Shown piece after piece: positions 11,117 to 21,080 of a stretch of DNA of 64,000 nt. The stretch's first letter is position 1. Each line of letters begins with the position of its first letter. The stretch comes from Leptolyngbyaceae cyanobacterium clean351 (GTDB lineage: Bacteria; Cyanobacteriota; Cyanobacteriia; DAIDHW01). Under the pieces are notes generated by a model. It ran no database searches and had not been told where the DNA came from. It saw only the letters and a list, made by a program, of their open reading frames with translations. The stretch lies in NCBI GenBank assembly GCA_027451865.1, contig DAIDHW010000003.1, positions 6,891 to 70,890 on the forward strand. Reading direction: 5' to 3'. The position numbers and the translations under genes are program-made.

Positions 11117-11180
11117 GCGGACTCGAACCGCTGACATCTACAATGCCATTGTAGCGCTCTACCAGCTGAGCTATAGCCCC
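11108..11180 (-). tRNA. tRNA-Ala (anticodon GGC)
   Basis: A hand-folded cloverleaf gives an acceptor stem GGGGCTA/TAGCTCC with the G3:U70 alanine identity pair. The anticodon loop is ATGGCAT and the T-loop is GGTTCGAGTCC. CCA is not encoded. Confidence 0.8.
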
Positions 11181-11677
11181 TCGCAATCGCCTTGACTATT
11201 TTCGCCCGGTTGCCCTGCCTTTGTCAAGGCAGGGGGATGGCGATGACCGTAAAAGTTAATCCGGTACTCGGTGATCTTTACCCCCGTCTGGACTTCTACC
11301 TGTCGCAGGAGGTCGGGGGGGAGCTGAATGTGAACGTCGAGAATTTGGTTAGTGTCCAGACAGTTGACGTGGCTGTGGGCATAGCTAACATTGCCGTACA
11401 GGCAGCCCTCAGAACGGTCGACCCGTTCGATGATCCCTGAGTCCGAAAGGGCTTCAAGGTTTTGGTACACGGAGGTGTGACCAATATTTTTACCCAGACG
11501 GTTCAGGTAGTCGTAGATTTCCCGGGCCGACAGGTGGATCTGCACTTGCCACAGCAGCTCCAGAATCGAGCGCCGCTGCCGACTCAGGCGCATCCCCAAA
11601 CTTTGACAGCGCTCTAGGGCCTCCTCAAGGGAGCGAATCGGCGGGGTGGGCGCACCTGGATGCGGCATGGCGGTCAA
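11171..11677 (-). CDS. fur: Fur-family metalloregulator (Fur/Zur-like)
   Basis: It has a winged-helix N-terminus and an HSHVNC metal-binding motif. Its 3' end overlaps the 5' end of tRNA-Ala by about 10 nt. Confidence 0.75.
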   Translation of the reverse strand: MTAMPHPGAPTPPIRSLEEALERCQSLGMRLSRQRRSILELLWQVQIHLSAREIYDYLNRLGKNIGHTSVYQNLEALSDSGIIERVDRSEGCLYGNVSYAHSHVNCLDTNQILDVHIQLPPDLLRQVEVQTGVKITEYRINFYGHRHPPALTKAGQPGENSQGDCEGL

Positions 11678-11886
11678 TACTCGTACCCTGTCTTGTAATT
11701 TGGATTAGTTTGGGCTAGATCCATCATAGATTACCGGACGGGGCTTTCCTGCCCCAGGACCGCCGGATTGTTAACCAACCCATAACATGGGATTAGAATC
11801 CCCGGGGGACTAGTTCGATGGGTTATAAACATTTGTAAACTGATAGACGAGATTCGACCTGCTTTTTTCCCTCGGGAGGAGTTTCC

Positions 11887-12801
11887 ATGCCGCTACTTCT
11901 GCTATTCGAGCGCCTGTGCCTGGGAGGCCACGTCCTGGCCATGGCCTTTGGCCTGGCGGGCTTGTTATTTGTCTTGCCCCACCCCGAGTTTATTCTGGCT
12001 TTACCCCTCCCCGGTCAACTGGCCTTTCAGTGGAGCATGGCGGGGGGAGGCGTGGTCTACATTACTCTGGGGGCGGTGGCGGTGGCCCTTTACGCCTACC
12101 GGACCTTGGGGTGGCGGGGGTGGCTAACCTTCATGGTGCCGGCACTGCTCATCTCCCTGACTAGCGAGCTCCTTGGTACTAGCACCGGCTTTCCCTTCGG
12201 ACACTACGCCTACCTCAGTGGTCTGGGCTACAAAATTGCCGGGCTAGTCCCCTTCACCATTCCTCTGTCCTGGTTCTACATGGGCTTTGTGTCCTACCTG
12301 TTTGCCTGGACGGGTTTACCCTGGGGAATCCCCCGGCCCCTGCGCCTTGTGCTGACGGTGGTGACGGGAGCCTTACTGCTGACCGCCTGGGACCTGGTCC
12401 TAGACCCAGCCATGAGCCAGACGGCCTTCCCTTTTTGGACCTTTCAGGAGCCGGGGTCCTTCTTTGGCATGCCCTACCGCAACCTGGGGGGATGGCTGGG
12501 AACCGGGATGGGGTTTATTTTAGTCGGGGCACTGCTAGGGAGCTCTAACCCAGTTCAGCTCAACCGCCAGCAGTTGCTAGTCCCCCTAGTAACCTACCTG
12601 GTGAACTTCGCCTTTGGGGCAGCTATTACCCTAACTGCCCTCGACAGTCGCTTCATGGTACCTGTGGGTATAGGGGTAGGCTTGGGAGTCCTGCCGGTGC
12701 TGCTACTATGGCAAGCCGCCGACCGGCAGAGCCTGCGACGCCAAGAAGAGTTAACCGTACGGGAGGCTTCCCCTAGCTCAGTGCATGTGACGGTGAAATG
12801 A
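11887..12801 (+). CDS. cruF: carotenoid 1',2'-hydratase-like membrane protein (CruF family)
   Basis: It is a polytopic membrane protein of about 300 aa. It overlaps the downstream GT2 gene by 4 nt (ATGA), matching the known cruF-cruG arrangement for myxol glycoside synthesis. Confidence 0.6.
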   Translation: MPLLLLFERLCLGGHVLAMAFGLAGLLFVLPHPEFILALPLPGQLAFQWSMAGGGVVYITLGAVAVALYAYRTLGWRGWLTFMVPALLISLTSELLGTSTGFPFGHYAYLSGLGYKIAGLVPFTIPLSWFYMGFVSYLFAWTGLPWGIPRPLRLVLTVVTGALLLTAWDLVLDPAMSQTAFPFWTFQEPGSFFGMPYRNLGGWLGTGMGFILVGALLGSSNPVQLNRQQLLVPLVTYLVNFAFGAAITLTALDSRFMVPVGIGVGLGVLPVLLLWQAADRQSLRRQEELTVREASPSSVHVTVK

Positions 12802-13958
12802 ATACCCTCAGCCTCATCCTGCTAGCTCTGCAGGTACCCATGGCCGTAGTGTTGGTAAGTCGCCTTGGGCGGCCCCGCCCCCGGCCCCTGGAGCGGCGCC
12901 CTTCCCAACCCGAACACCTAGGGGCAGTCAGCGTCTTGGTGCCTACCCTCAACGAGGCGCAGCGCCTCTCCCCCTGTCTCGGGGGCTTGACTCGCCAGGG
13001 TTACGAGGTCCGGGAGGTGATCGTTGTAGACAGCCACTCCCAGGATGGCACCGGCGCTCTAGTCCTCGCTGCTGCCCACCAAGACCCGCGGTTTCGCCTC
13101 TACCACGACCCCCCCCTCCCCCCTAACTGGGTAGGTCGCCCCTGGGCCCTCCACCACGGCTGGTCCGTTAGTAGCCCGGGTAGCGAGTGGATTTTAGGTA
13201 TTGACGCCGACACCCAACCCCAACCGGGCTTGGTCGCCACTCTCCTGCAGGCAGCCCAGGCGGGCAACTACGACCTGGTCTCCCTCGCTCCCCAGTTTCT
13301 CTTGCGCTACCCGGGGGAATTTCTCCTCCAGCCAGCCCTGCTGGTAACGCTGATCTATCGCTTCGGGCCCGGTGGCGAAGACTACAGTCAGCGGGTAATG
13401 GCCAATGGCCAGTGTTTCCTGTGCCGCAGAACTCTGCTGGAGGCCTTGGAGGGTTATACCCTAGCCCGCAGGTCCTTTTGTGATGATGTGACCTTGGCCC
13501 GGCAGGCGGCCGCCCGGGGAGCGCGGGTTGGTTTTCTCGATGGCAGGGGTCTGCTTAAAGTGCGCATGTACGAGGGCGCTGCCCAGACCTGGCGGGAGTG
13601 GGGCCGCTCCCTAGACCTGAAGGACGCCTGCTCCCCCCAGCAGGGGTGGGGAGACGGCCTGTTCTTGGTGGCGGTCCAAGGGCTGCCCCTAGTCCTCACC
13701 CTAGGGCTAATGCCGCTCCTGGGCACCGGTAGCCGACCGGTGTGGAGCCTGTGGGGCTTAAACCTAGGCCTGTTAGTCCTGCGCCTCGGGGTGCTTCAGG
13801 GAATCACTCCAGCCTACGACTGGGGGGGACGCCGGGGTTGGGCCGGGCTGTTTTGGCTCTCTCCCCTAGCAGACCCGGTGGCCGTGGCACGGATTATCCT
13901 TTCCCTGGGACGCCAACCCCGGCAGTGGCGAGGGCGGCAGTACGGGGACCAGGGCTAG
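12798..13958 (+). CDS. cruG: family 2 glycosyltransferase (myxol 2'-O-glycosyltransferase CruG-like)
   Basis: It has a GT2 N-terminus (VLVPTLNE...VIVVDSHSQDGT) and C-terminal TM segments, and is translationally coupled to the cruF-like gene. Confidence 0.6.
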   Translation: MNTLSLILLALQVPMAVVLVSRLGRPRPRPLERRPSQPEHLGAVSVLVPTLNEAQRLSPCLGGLTRQGYEVREVIVVDSHSQDGTGALVLAAAHQDPRFRLYHDPPLPPNWVGRPWALHHGWSVSSPGSEWILGIDADTQPQPGLVATLLQAAQAGNYDLVSLAPQFLLRYPGEFLLQPALLVTLIYRFGPGGEDYSQRVMANGQCFLCRRTLLEALEGYTLARRSFCDDVTLARQAAARGARVGFLDGRGLLKVRMYEGAAQTWREWGRSLDLKDACSPQQGWGDGLFLVAVQGLPLVLTLGLMPLLGTGSRPVWSLWGLNLGLLVLRLGVLQGITPAYDWGGRRGWAGLFWLSPLADPVAVARIILSLGRQPRQWRGRQYGDQG

Positions 13959-13993
13959 ATTTGCTACCTTAGACAAAACATCCTATTCGGATC

Positions 13994-14101
13994 ATGGTTA
14001 AAATTATTGGTCGGCGGCGACTGGGGGTCCGGCCAGTCTACGACATCGGCGTGGTTCAAGACCACAACTTCCTTCTGGCCAACGGGTTGGTAGCGGCTAA
14101 C
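13994..14101 (+). other. split intein C-terminal fragment (Int-C) of DnaE; +1 extein Cys at 14102
   Basis: It has the conserved HNF block and a terminal AAN before the CFN extein junction. Confidence 0.85.
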
Positions 14102-15334
14102 TGCTTTAACAAGTCTCACTCCACCGCCTACGGCTACGTCACTTACCAAACTGCCTACCTCAAGGCTAACTACCCCGTTGAGTACATGGCAGCCCTGTTG
14201 ACCGCCAACAGCAGTGACCAGGATAAGGTGCAAGCCTACATAGCCAGTTGTTTAAGCCTGGGAATTGGGGTTGAACCCCCGGATATTAATCGCTCCGGCG
14301 TAGACTTTACACCCTTGGCAGACCGGATCTTGTTTGGTTTGTCGGCGGTGCGTAACGTAGGTCAGGCAGCCATTGAGGCCATTTTGACTACCCGAGAGCA
14401 GCAGGGGCCCTTCAAATCCCTCGCCGACCTGTGCGACCGGGTAGATAGCCGCTCCCTGAACCGCCGAGTTTTAGAGTCCTTAATCCACTGCGGGGCCCTA
14501 GACCACCTAGAGCCGAATCGTAACCAACTAGTCCATGACCTTGACCCCCTGCTAGAGTGGGCCCAGTCCCGGGCCCGGGAGCGCTCCACCGGTCAGATGA
14601 ATTTATTTGACCTGAGCCTGGGGGGAGAAGCCAGTCCGGCCGCCCTAGAGGTAGCCCCTAAAGCCCCGCCGGTTCCAGACCTGTCCCCGGCCGACAAACT
14701 GCGCCTAGAAAAGGAACTCCTCGGCTTTTACGTCTCCGACCACCCCCTGAAGGTGCTCGAGCAGGCTGCCCGGGTGTTAGCCCCCGTCAGTCTGAGGGAG
14801 GTGGAGGGGAATCACCTAGCCTCAGACCAATTAGTGAGTGCCATCGTTATGGTCACCGGGGTGAAATTGGTCACCACCAAGAAAGGGGAACGGATGGCCA
14901 TCCTGCAGATCGAGGACTTGACAGGGCGGGCTGAGGCCGTAGCCTTTCCCAAGACCTACGAGCGCCTCGGGGAAGTCCTGCAGGCAGACCGGCGGTTGAT
15001 GGTGTGGGGCCGGGTCGACCAGCGGGATGACCAGTGCCAGTTGATCCTCGAGCGGGCCGAACCCGTTGAGGAGGTTAAGATCTTGTTTGTGGAGCTGCGG
15101 CCCCATCAGGCTCAGGATATTGAGTGCCAACACCAGTTACGCCAGGTGCTCCAGCAGAACCGGGGTGAGGAGGAACAGGCCCAGGTCCCAGTGGTGGCAA
15201 TCATTGATGACCATCAGCGTCGTTGTTTTGTGCGCTTTGGCCTCCAGCACCAGGTCAAGGACCCCCAAGCCGCGGTCAAGGCCCTCACCCAAGCCGGCTT
15301 TACTGCCCACTACAAGACCCTGACCACCGGCTGA
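13994..15334 (+). CDS. dnaE: DNA polymerase III alpha subunit, C-terminal half, preceded by split-intein C fragment (DnaE-C)
   Basis: The N-terminal 36 aa ([36 protein letters not shown], then CFN) are a near-match to known DnaE Int-C sequences. The remainder matches the Pol III alpha C-terminal region (OB/tau-binding). Confidence 0.9.
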   Translation: MVKIIGRRRLGVRPVYDIGVVQDHNFLLANGLVAANCFNKSHSTAYGYVTYQTAYLKANYPVEYMAALLTANSSDQDKVQAYIASCLSLGIGVEPPDINRSGVDFTPLADRILFGLSAVRNVGQAAIEAILTTREQQGPFKSLADLCDRVDSRSLNRRVLESLIHCGALDHLEPNRNQLVHDLDPLLEWAQSRARERSTGQMNLFDLSLGGEASPAALEVAPKAPPVPDLSPADKLRLEKELLGFYVSDHPLKVLEQAARVLAPVSLREVEGNHLASDQLVSAIVMVTGVKLVTTKKGERMAILQIEDLTGRAEAVAFPKTYERLGEVLQADRRLMVWGRVDQRDDQCQLILERAEPVEEVKILFVELRPHQAQDIECQHQLRQVLQQNRGEEEQAQVPVVAIIDDHQRRCFVRFGLQHQVKDPQAAVKALTQAGFTAHYKTLTTG

Positions 15335-15385
15335 GGAGGAGGATCGTTTTGTAATACCCTGGAAGATATTTGGAGTGCCCCAACC

Positions 15386-15985
15386 GTGGACGCGGACACC
15401 TACCAGCAGAAAATGCAACGGCGCAAACAGGTACAACAGGAGCGCCTAGCCACTAAAACCCACTCTAAGGGATTAGTAATCGTCCATACGGGCAACGGTA
15501 AGGGCAAAACGACCGCCGCCCTCGGGATGGTGTTGCGCTCCTTGGGGCATGGTTATCGGGTAGCCATTGTCCAGTTCATCAAGGGGGCTTGGGAGCCGGC
15601 GGAGAAGAGGATTTTTGCCGCCTGGGGGTCCCAGCTAGAATTTCGCGCCCTAGGGGAGGGATTTACCTGGGAGACCCAGGACCGGGAGCGGGACCGGCAA
15701 GCAGCCGAGCGAGCCTGGGAGACGGGCTTGGAATTCCTGGGTAACCCCGAATTTCAATTGGTTTTGCTTGATGAAATCAACGTTGCCCTTAAACTAGATC
15801 TATTAACGGTCGAGCAAGTGTTAGCTGGAATTGACCGCAAACCCCCAGCCTCCCATCTCATCTGTACCGGCCGTGGTGCTCCGGGAAAGCTCATTGAGCG
15901 GGCTGACCTGGTGACGGAAATGACCCTGGTTAAACACCCCTTTCGGGAGCAAGGAGTGAAAGCCCAACCGGGCATCGAGTACTAG
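15386..15985 (+). CDS. cobO: cob(I)yrinic acid a,c-diamide adenosyltransferase
   Basis: It has the CobA/CobO/BtuR family P-loop (GNGKGKTTAA). Confidence 0.85.
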   Translation: MDADTYQQKMQRRKQVQQERLATKTHSKGLVIVHTGNGKGKTTAALGMVLRSLGHGYRVAIVQFIKGAWEPAEKRIFAAWGSQLEFRALGEGFTWETQDRERDRQAAERAWETGLEFLGNPEFQLVLLDEINVALKLDLLTVEQVLAGIDRKPPASHLICTGRGAPGKLIERADLVTEMTLVKHPFREQGVKAQPGIEY

Positions 15986-16010
15986 GCCATCCCTACCGGC
16001 CAAGGCACCT

Positions 16011-17756
16011 ATGGAATCTGAAGCCCTCTTGCCCATCGAACAGGAACGCCTAGTCACTAGGATCGCCTGGCGGATTCGCCAGTCCTTGGACTTGGGAAAT
16101 ATCTTGGATACTACAGTAGCCGAGGTGCGTGAACTTTTGGATACGGACCGGGTAGTGGTATACCGATTTAGCACTGATTGGACGGGTGTAGTCACTACGG
16201 AAGCCGTCCTGCCCGGGTGGCCGGCCCTAATCCACCAGCAGTTTGAGGATGTCTGCTTCACCAGTAACTATATTCACCCTTACCAAGAGGGACGGGTCGG
16301 CAACATCAGCAACATTGAAAGTGCGCCCATCCAACCCTGCCATCGGGAGATGCTCCAGCGGTTTGCCGTGCGGGCCAACCTGGTGGTGCCAATTCTCCAA
16401 GGGGTAACCCTGTGGGGGCTGTTGATCCTGCACCACTGCCGGGGTCCCCGGCCTTGGACAGACTTGGAAATCAACCTGCTGCAGGATTTGGCCCTCCAGG
16501 TGGGCATTGCCATTCAACAGTCGGAACTGTACGCCCAAGTCCAGCGCCTCAATAGCACCCTGGAAACCCAAGTGCAGGAGCGCACGCGGGAGCTGCGGCA
16601 GATCCTAGAATTCACCGACGTCCTTAGCCAAATTACCCACCGAGTCCGCGATAGTCTTGACGAACGCCACGTGCTGCAAACGGCGGTAGAGGAGTTGGGG
16701 CAGGTGCTGCGGGTAGACTACTGCGGTGCTGCCCTCTATAACCTAGAGCACACCAAGGCCGTGATGCACTATGAATACCTCCGTCCCCAGGTCCGGTCCC
16801 TACTCGGGGAAGCCCTCATACTGGAGGAGTGGGGGGGAACTTTGCCACAACCGGAACAGACCCGGCTGTTGATGCCCATTCAAGATGACCGGGGAGTGCT
16901 CGGCTATCTGCTCCTAGGGCACCATAGTAACCGGGCCTTCAGCCCCTCAGAACAGCAACTAGGGCGGCAGGTGGCTAACCAGTGCGGTATCGCCCTGCGG
17001 CAGGCGCGCCTCTACCAATCTGCCCAGACCCAGGTCCAGGAGCTATCACACCTCAACCAGATGAAAGATGAGTTCCTCAGCGCTGTCTCCCACGAACTAC
17101 GCACCCCCATGACCAATATGAAATTGGCGATCCGGCTGCTGAAGTTGAACCTCGGGGAGAGGGAACTAGAAGCCCAAACTAAAGGGGAGCAGTACCTGAA
17201 AATCCTCCAGGACGAGTGTGACCGGGAAATCCACCTAATCAATAATTTGTTGGATCTGCAGCGCCTAGATTCAGGGCAGTTCACACCCCAGTGGGACCAG
17301 ATCCGGATACAAGAGTGGCTGCCAGCGGTCCTCACTCCCTTTCAGGAGCGCATCCGGGAGCGTGAACAGGGGTTTCATCTGGATTTGAGTGCTGACCTGC
17401 CCCCCTTTGTGGGGGATGTCTCTTCCCTGGAGCGGGTGATAGTAGAACTGGTGAACAACGCTTGCAAGTACACACCCAGCCAGGGCAGAATATCCGCATC
17501 TCTCTCCTGCCGAGAAGGCCAATTTCAGCTGCGTGTCTGCAACACCGGCGTGGAGATTCCCCAGGGAGAACTAGAGAAGGTTTTTGAGAAGTTTTACCGG
17601 GTTCCCAGTGCTGACCCCTGGAAACAAGGGGGGACAGGCTTGGGGTTAGCCTTGGTCCAGAAATTAGTACAGTACATGGGAGGGGAAATTTCAGTCACCA
17701 GTTCCGGCAACCAAACCTGCTTTCACGTGCACGTACCCAACCATAATCCCGGTTAG
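16011..17756 (+). CDS. GAF-domain sensor histidine kinase
   Basis: It has two GAF-like regions, an H-box (LSAVSHELRTPM) and an HATPase_c domain. Confidence 0.85.
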   Translation: MESEALLPIEQERLVTRIAWRIRQSLDLGNILDTTVAEVRELLDTDRVVVYRFSTDWTGVVTTEAVLPGWPALIHQQFEDVCFTSNYIHPYQEGRVGNISNIESAPIQPCHREMLQRFAVRANLVVPILQGVTLWGLLILHHCRGPRPWTDLEINLLQDLALQVGIAIQQSELYAQVQRLNSTLETQVQERTRELRQILEFTDVLSQITHRVRDSLDERHVLQTAVEELGQVLRVDYCGAALYNLEHTKAVMHYEYLRPQVRSLLGEALILEEWGGTLPQPEQTRLLMPIQDDRGVLGYLLLGHHSNRAFSPSEQQLGRQVANQCGIALRQARLYQSAQTQVQELSHLNQMKDEFLSAVSHELRTPMTNMKLAIRLLKLNLGERELEAQTKGEQYLKILQDECDREIHLINNLLDLQRLDSGQFTPQWDQIRIQEWLPAVLTPFQERIREREQGFHLDLSADLPPFVGDVSSLERVIVELVNNACKYTPSQGRISASLSCREGQFQLRVCNTGVEIPQGELEKVFEKFYRVPSADPWKQGGTGLGLALVQKLVQYMGGEISVTSSGNQTCFHVHVPNHNPG

Positions 17757-17806
17757 AATTACCCCATAAACTCACTACCGCCCTAGGTCTTTGCTGAGAT
17801 CCCTCC

Positions 17807-19507
17807 ATGCTAATTTGCCCTCAGTGCCAAACTGAAACTAACGAGCTGAACAAATTTTGTCTACAGTGTGGTGGGTCCTTGACCAGCAAGCGCTGCCCGG
17901 CCTGCGGCACAACCGTTAGTTTCACGGACCAGGAGTGCCCCAACTGTACAGCTTTCGTGGGCACCACCTACCAGGTCCTCCTGGAGGGAGACCCTCTCGC
18001 GGAGTCTTCATCTACCCACCTTGACCCCCAGGAGCGCTATAGAATCCTGGACCTGCGTCTTGCCGAGGGGACCCTAGTCCGGGGGCTAGTTCTCGACTCC
18101 CAGCCCTTCCAAACCCCCCTAGGCCAACCCCCTCGCCCCCAACTGGCCCAGACCTACCAGGACCTGCAGGGGCAGCTGTACTCAGCGGTACCCAAGGTTG
18201 GGGATAGTTGGCTGGAACCCCAGCGACAAATAGTGCTCCTCGAAGACCGCTCTCGCTGGACCCCCCTGGGGGAACGTTGGCAAAAGGGCCCTGTGCCCGC
18301 CCTCCAACTTTTGCATTGGCTCCACGATCTGGCCCAATTCTGGCAAGTCCTAGAGCCCCATGGGTTCCGACAGACGGTTCTAGAACTAGATAACCTGCGT
18401 CTAGATGAGGATGAATCTCTAGGTTTTCAGTACCTGTACCCTGACCCAGGCCCCCTGACCTTAGCTGATCTGGGACACTCTTGGCAGAAACTCCTGGAAA
18501 ACTCCCCGGATCCCTTGAGTGAAGCCCTAGTCCATCTGTTATCGAGCCTGATTGAAGGTAAACTTCAAAGTACCGCGGAGCTGTCAGCCCTGCTAGAGCA
18601 GATTGTCGAGGCCATGAACTTGCCGGATGACTCGGCCGATGAGGTAGGGGATGATACCCCCACGGTAGTCCTGCCCATGCAACTGTACAGCGTTGAGGAT
18701 GCGGCCCTAACTGATAATGGCAGCCAACGCAGCCACAACGAGGACAGCTTCGGGGTCAGCGTCAGTATGCACAAGGAGGAGGGGCCGGCGGGGCGCAGCC
18801 TGAAGTTTCGGGGACTGTATATCCTGTGCGATGGCATGGGAGGCCACGCGGGGGGAGAAGTCGCCAGTGCCCTGGCGGTCAAGACTCTCCAGGCTTACTT
18901 CCAGGCCCACTGGGGGGAAACTCTCCCCACCCAAGCGGAAGTTTTGGCGGGGGTGCAGGAGGCCAACCAAGCTATCTATGACATTAACCAAGAGCAAGAC
19001 AGCTCCGGCAGTGGCCGCATGGGTACTACCCTGGTTCTAGTCCTAGTCCAGGATACGGACTTGGTGGTAGCCCACGTGGGGGATAGTCGTCTCTACCGCC
19101 TGCGCCGCAAGGAGGGCTTAGAACAACTGACCGTGGACCACGAGGTGGGACAGCGGGAGATTCAGTGGGGAGTAGATGCGGCCATCGCCTACGCCCGTCC
19201 CGACGCCTACCAACTCACCCAAGCCCTTGGCCCCCGCGGCGACGACTTTATTAATCCCGACATTCAATACTTTTGTGTGCGAGAGGATAGCCTGTTTCTC
19301 CTGTGCTCCGACGGCCTCAGTGACAACGACTTCCTCGAGGAGCACTGGCAGGAGCACCTGAAACCCTTGCTCAGCTCCCAAACCAATCTCGAGCAGGGGG
19401 TAGCCCGCCTAGTTGAACTAGGTAATAATTACAACGGCCACGACAACATCACTGCCCTAGCGGTACGGATTAAGGTGAGGCCGAATATGGCCTTGATGCG
19501 CTCCTAG
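17807..19507 (+). CDS. PP2C-family Ser/Thr phosphatase with N-terminal double zinc ribbon
   Basis: It has N-terminal CxxC x4 motifs and a C-terminal PP2C domain (LCDGMGGHAGGEVAS, DNITALAV). Confidence 0.8.
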   Translation: MLICPQCQTETNELNKFCLQCGGSLTSKRCPACGTTVSFTDQECPNCTAFVGTTYQVLLEGDPLAESSSTHLDPQERYRILDLRLAEGTLVRGLVLDSQPFQTPLGQPPRPQLAQTYQDLQGQLYSAVPKVGDSWLEPQRQIVLLEDRSRWTPLGERWQKGPVPALQLLHWLHDLAQFWQVLEPHGFRQTVLELDNLRLDEDESLGFQYLYPDPGPLTLADLGHSWQKLLENSPDPLSEALVHLLSSLIEGKLQSTAELSALLEQIVEAMNLPDDSADEVGDDTPTVVLPMQLYSVEDAALTDNGSQRSHNEDSFGVSVSMHKEEGPAGRSLKFRGLYILCDGMGGHAGGEVASALAVKTLQAYFQAHWGETLPTQAEVLAGVQEANQAIYDINQEQDSSGSGRMGTTLVLVLVQDTDLVVAHVGDSRLYRLRRKEGLEQLTVDHEVGQREIQWGVDAAIAYARPDAYQLTQALGPRGDDFINPDIQYFCVREDSLFLLCSDGLSDNDFLEEHWQEHLKPLLSSQTNLEQGVARLVELGNNYNGHDNITALAVRIKVRPNMALMRS

Positions 19508-20046
19508 GAATGGAATACCGGCCACACTCCCAGAATAACCCACAGGTCTGCCCCGAGTAAGCCTAAACTACACCCCAGGAGGGCCAGGTACATCCAGGGT
19601 TGGGCCAGGGGCCGGATAGTACTAGTGTCGAGCTGACTGTGGGCCTGGAGGAGGCGCAGGAATTGGGCAAAGCCGCTAATGCGCATCGGCAGCAGGTAGG
19701 CCTGACCCTGGGTAGTAGTTAGGTAGTGGGCTCGGCCCCCCTGGCTGGTGGGGCGGTACTCTAGGGAGGCTACCTCGGTCCAGCTGACCGCCCAGCCCCG
19801 CACCAGCCACCCCGGTACCCAGGCAGGGTAGGAGACCCTCAGACCCTCGGCATCCACCTCCACCCGTTGACCGAGGAGGCCCTGAAGGGCCAGGAGCCCT
19901 AATAGCACTCCTGCTGACCCCCAGGCCAGGGACCCCCACTTCTGTTTGAGGACTAACAGGACCGGCAGGGGCAACAACAGGGCCCCTAGGAGGAGGTACA
20001 GAGATAGGCGAATTAGGGGGGAGATGCGGAAAACTGTAACCGTCAT
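19504..20046 (-). CDS. hypothetical membrane protein
   Basis: The hydrophobic N-terminus begins at the internal MTVTVF methionine. The longer ORF would overlap the upstream esterase gene. Confidence 0.4.
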   Translation of the reverse strand: MTVTVFRISPLIRLSLYLLLGALLLPLPVLLVLKQKWGSLAWGSAGVLLGLLALQGLLGQRVEVDAEGLRVSYPAWVPGWLVRGWAVSWTEVASLEYRPTSQGGRAHYLTTTQGQAYLLPMRISGFAQFLRLLQAHSQLDTSTIRPLAQPWMYLALLGCSLGLLGADLWVILGVWPVFHS

Positions 20047-20062
20047 GGGGGCTAGGTAGGGT

Positions 20063-21025
20063 TTAGGTGAGGGTGTGGCGGCGGAAAAAGTCCCAGACCA
20101 CCTGCGTAGCATTAATGGCATGACTGACCGGACCCACCAGGGCTGGCCGGTGCACATCAGTGCCGGGCCAGGAGTGACCAGCGCCCTCCAGGGTGTACAG
20201 CAGGACCTCAGCTGCCCGACTACAGTGGTTATAGTCGGTTTCCACTGCTCTGGTGCCATCGCCGCTGGGATTGGGGGGGCTAGTCTGGATGGCCTGACCG
20301 ACACAGTGGTCCTGGGAACGCCAAAAGTTAACCGTCTGGAGCACCGAGAGGATTTTCCCCCCAGCTCCCAACTGTACTGTCCCCCCGTTGTAGGGGACTA
20401 TCGGGTCGGCGGTGCCGTTGATCATTAGCAGGGATACCGGGCGGGTGGGGTGACAGTGGTCCACGAGAGCCTGGGGCATGGTGGCATTTAGGGAAGCAAA
20501 GGCGGCAAAGCGCTCCGACAGTTCGCAGGCTAGGCGCTGAACCATAAATCCTCCGTTGGAGGTGCCTACGGCGTAGATACGCCGCTGGTCTATGGTGCGG
20601 ACCGTAGATAGCTCAGTAATCAGGTCGCGCACAAAACCCACATCATCGACGTGGGGGAGGCCGGAGGTATCTCGGCCATCATTCCAGTGGTGGTCAACGC
20701 CGTTGGGATACGCCACCAAGAACCCATCCCGTTCCGCTAGGTCATTGAAGCGGGTGTTTGCTGCTAGGCGGTCGCCTTGGCCGTGACCACCGTGGAAAGC
20801 CACAACCAAAGGTAAGGCCTGACTTGGCCGGTAGGAGGAGGGGGTGTACAGGTAAAAGCTGCGCTCCGGACCGCTCCTAGTGGCCAGTTGCCCAGAGACC
20901 ATAGCTCCGATCTCCCCGGCGGGAACCGAGGTCGTAGCCCGGGAGTTGCAGGCGGGCAGCAAACTTAAGGCAATCGCCATCCCCAAACCAACTAAAAACC
21001 AGCTCAAGGGGTTAGAACGGAACAT
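20063..21025 (-). CDS. secreted esterase, PHB-depolymerase family (possible lipoprotein)
   Basis: It has a signal peptide with Cys (LLPAC), an AFHGGHG oxyanion region and a GTSNGG nucleophile elbow. Confidence 0.7.
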   Translation of the reverse strand: MFRSNPLSWFLVGLGMAIALSLLPACNSRATTSVPAGEIGAMVSGQLATRSGPERSFYLYTPSSYRPSQALPLVVAFHGGHGQGDRLAANTRFNDLAERDGFLVAYPNGVDHHWNDGRDTSGLPHVDDVGFVRDLITELSTVRTIDQRRIYAVGTSNGGFMVQRLACELSERFAAFASLNATMPQALVDHCHPTRPVSLLMINGTADPIVPYNGGTVQLGAGGKILSVLQTVNFWRSQDHCVGQAIQTSPPNPSGDGTRAVETDYNHCSRAAEVLLYTLEGAGHSWPGTDVHRPALVGPVSHAINATQVVWDFFRRHTLT

Positions 21026-21080
21026 CCTAGGGCACCTAATAAATCCTACAAATCTTGTTACAAATCTTGGGCGAGTTTTC

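Noticed and set aside
19504-20304. 266-aa version of the membrane protein overlapping the esterase gene
   Set aside because: The upstream 86 codons overlap the 3' end of the esterase in another frame. The hydrophobic core starts at the internal Met.
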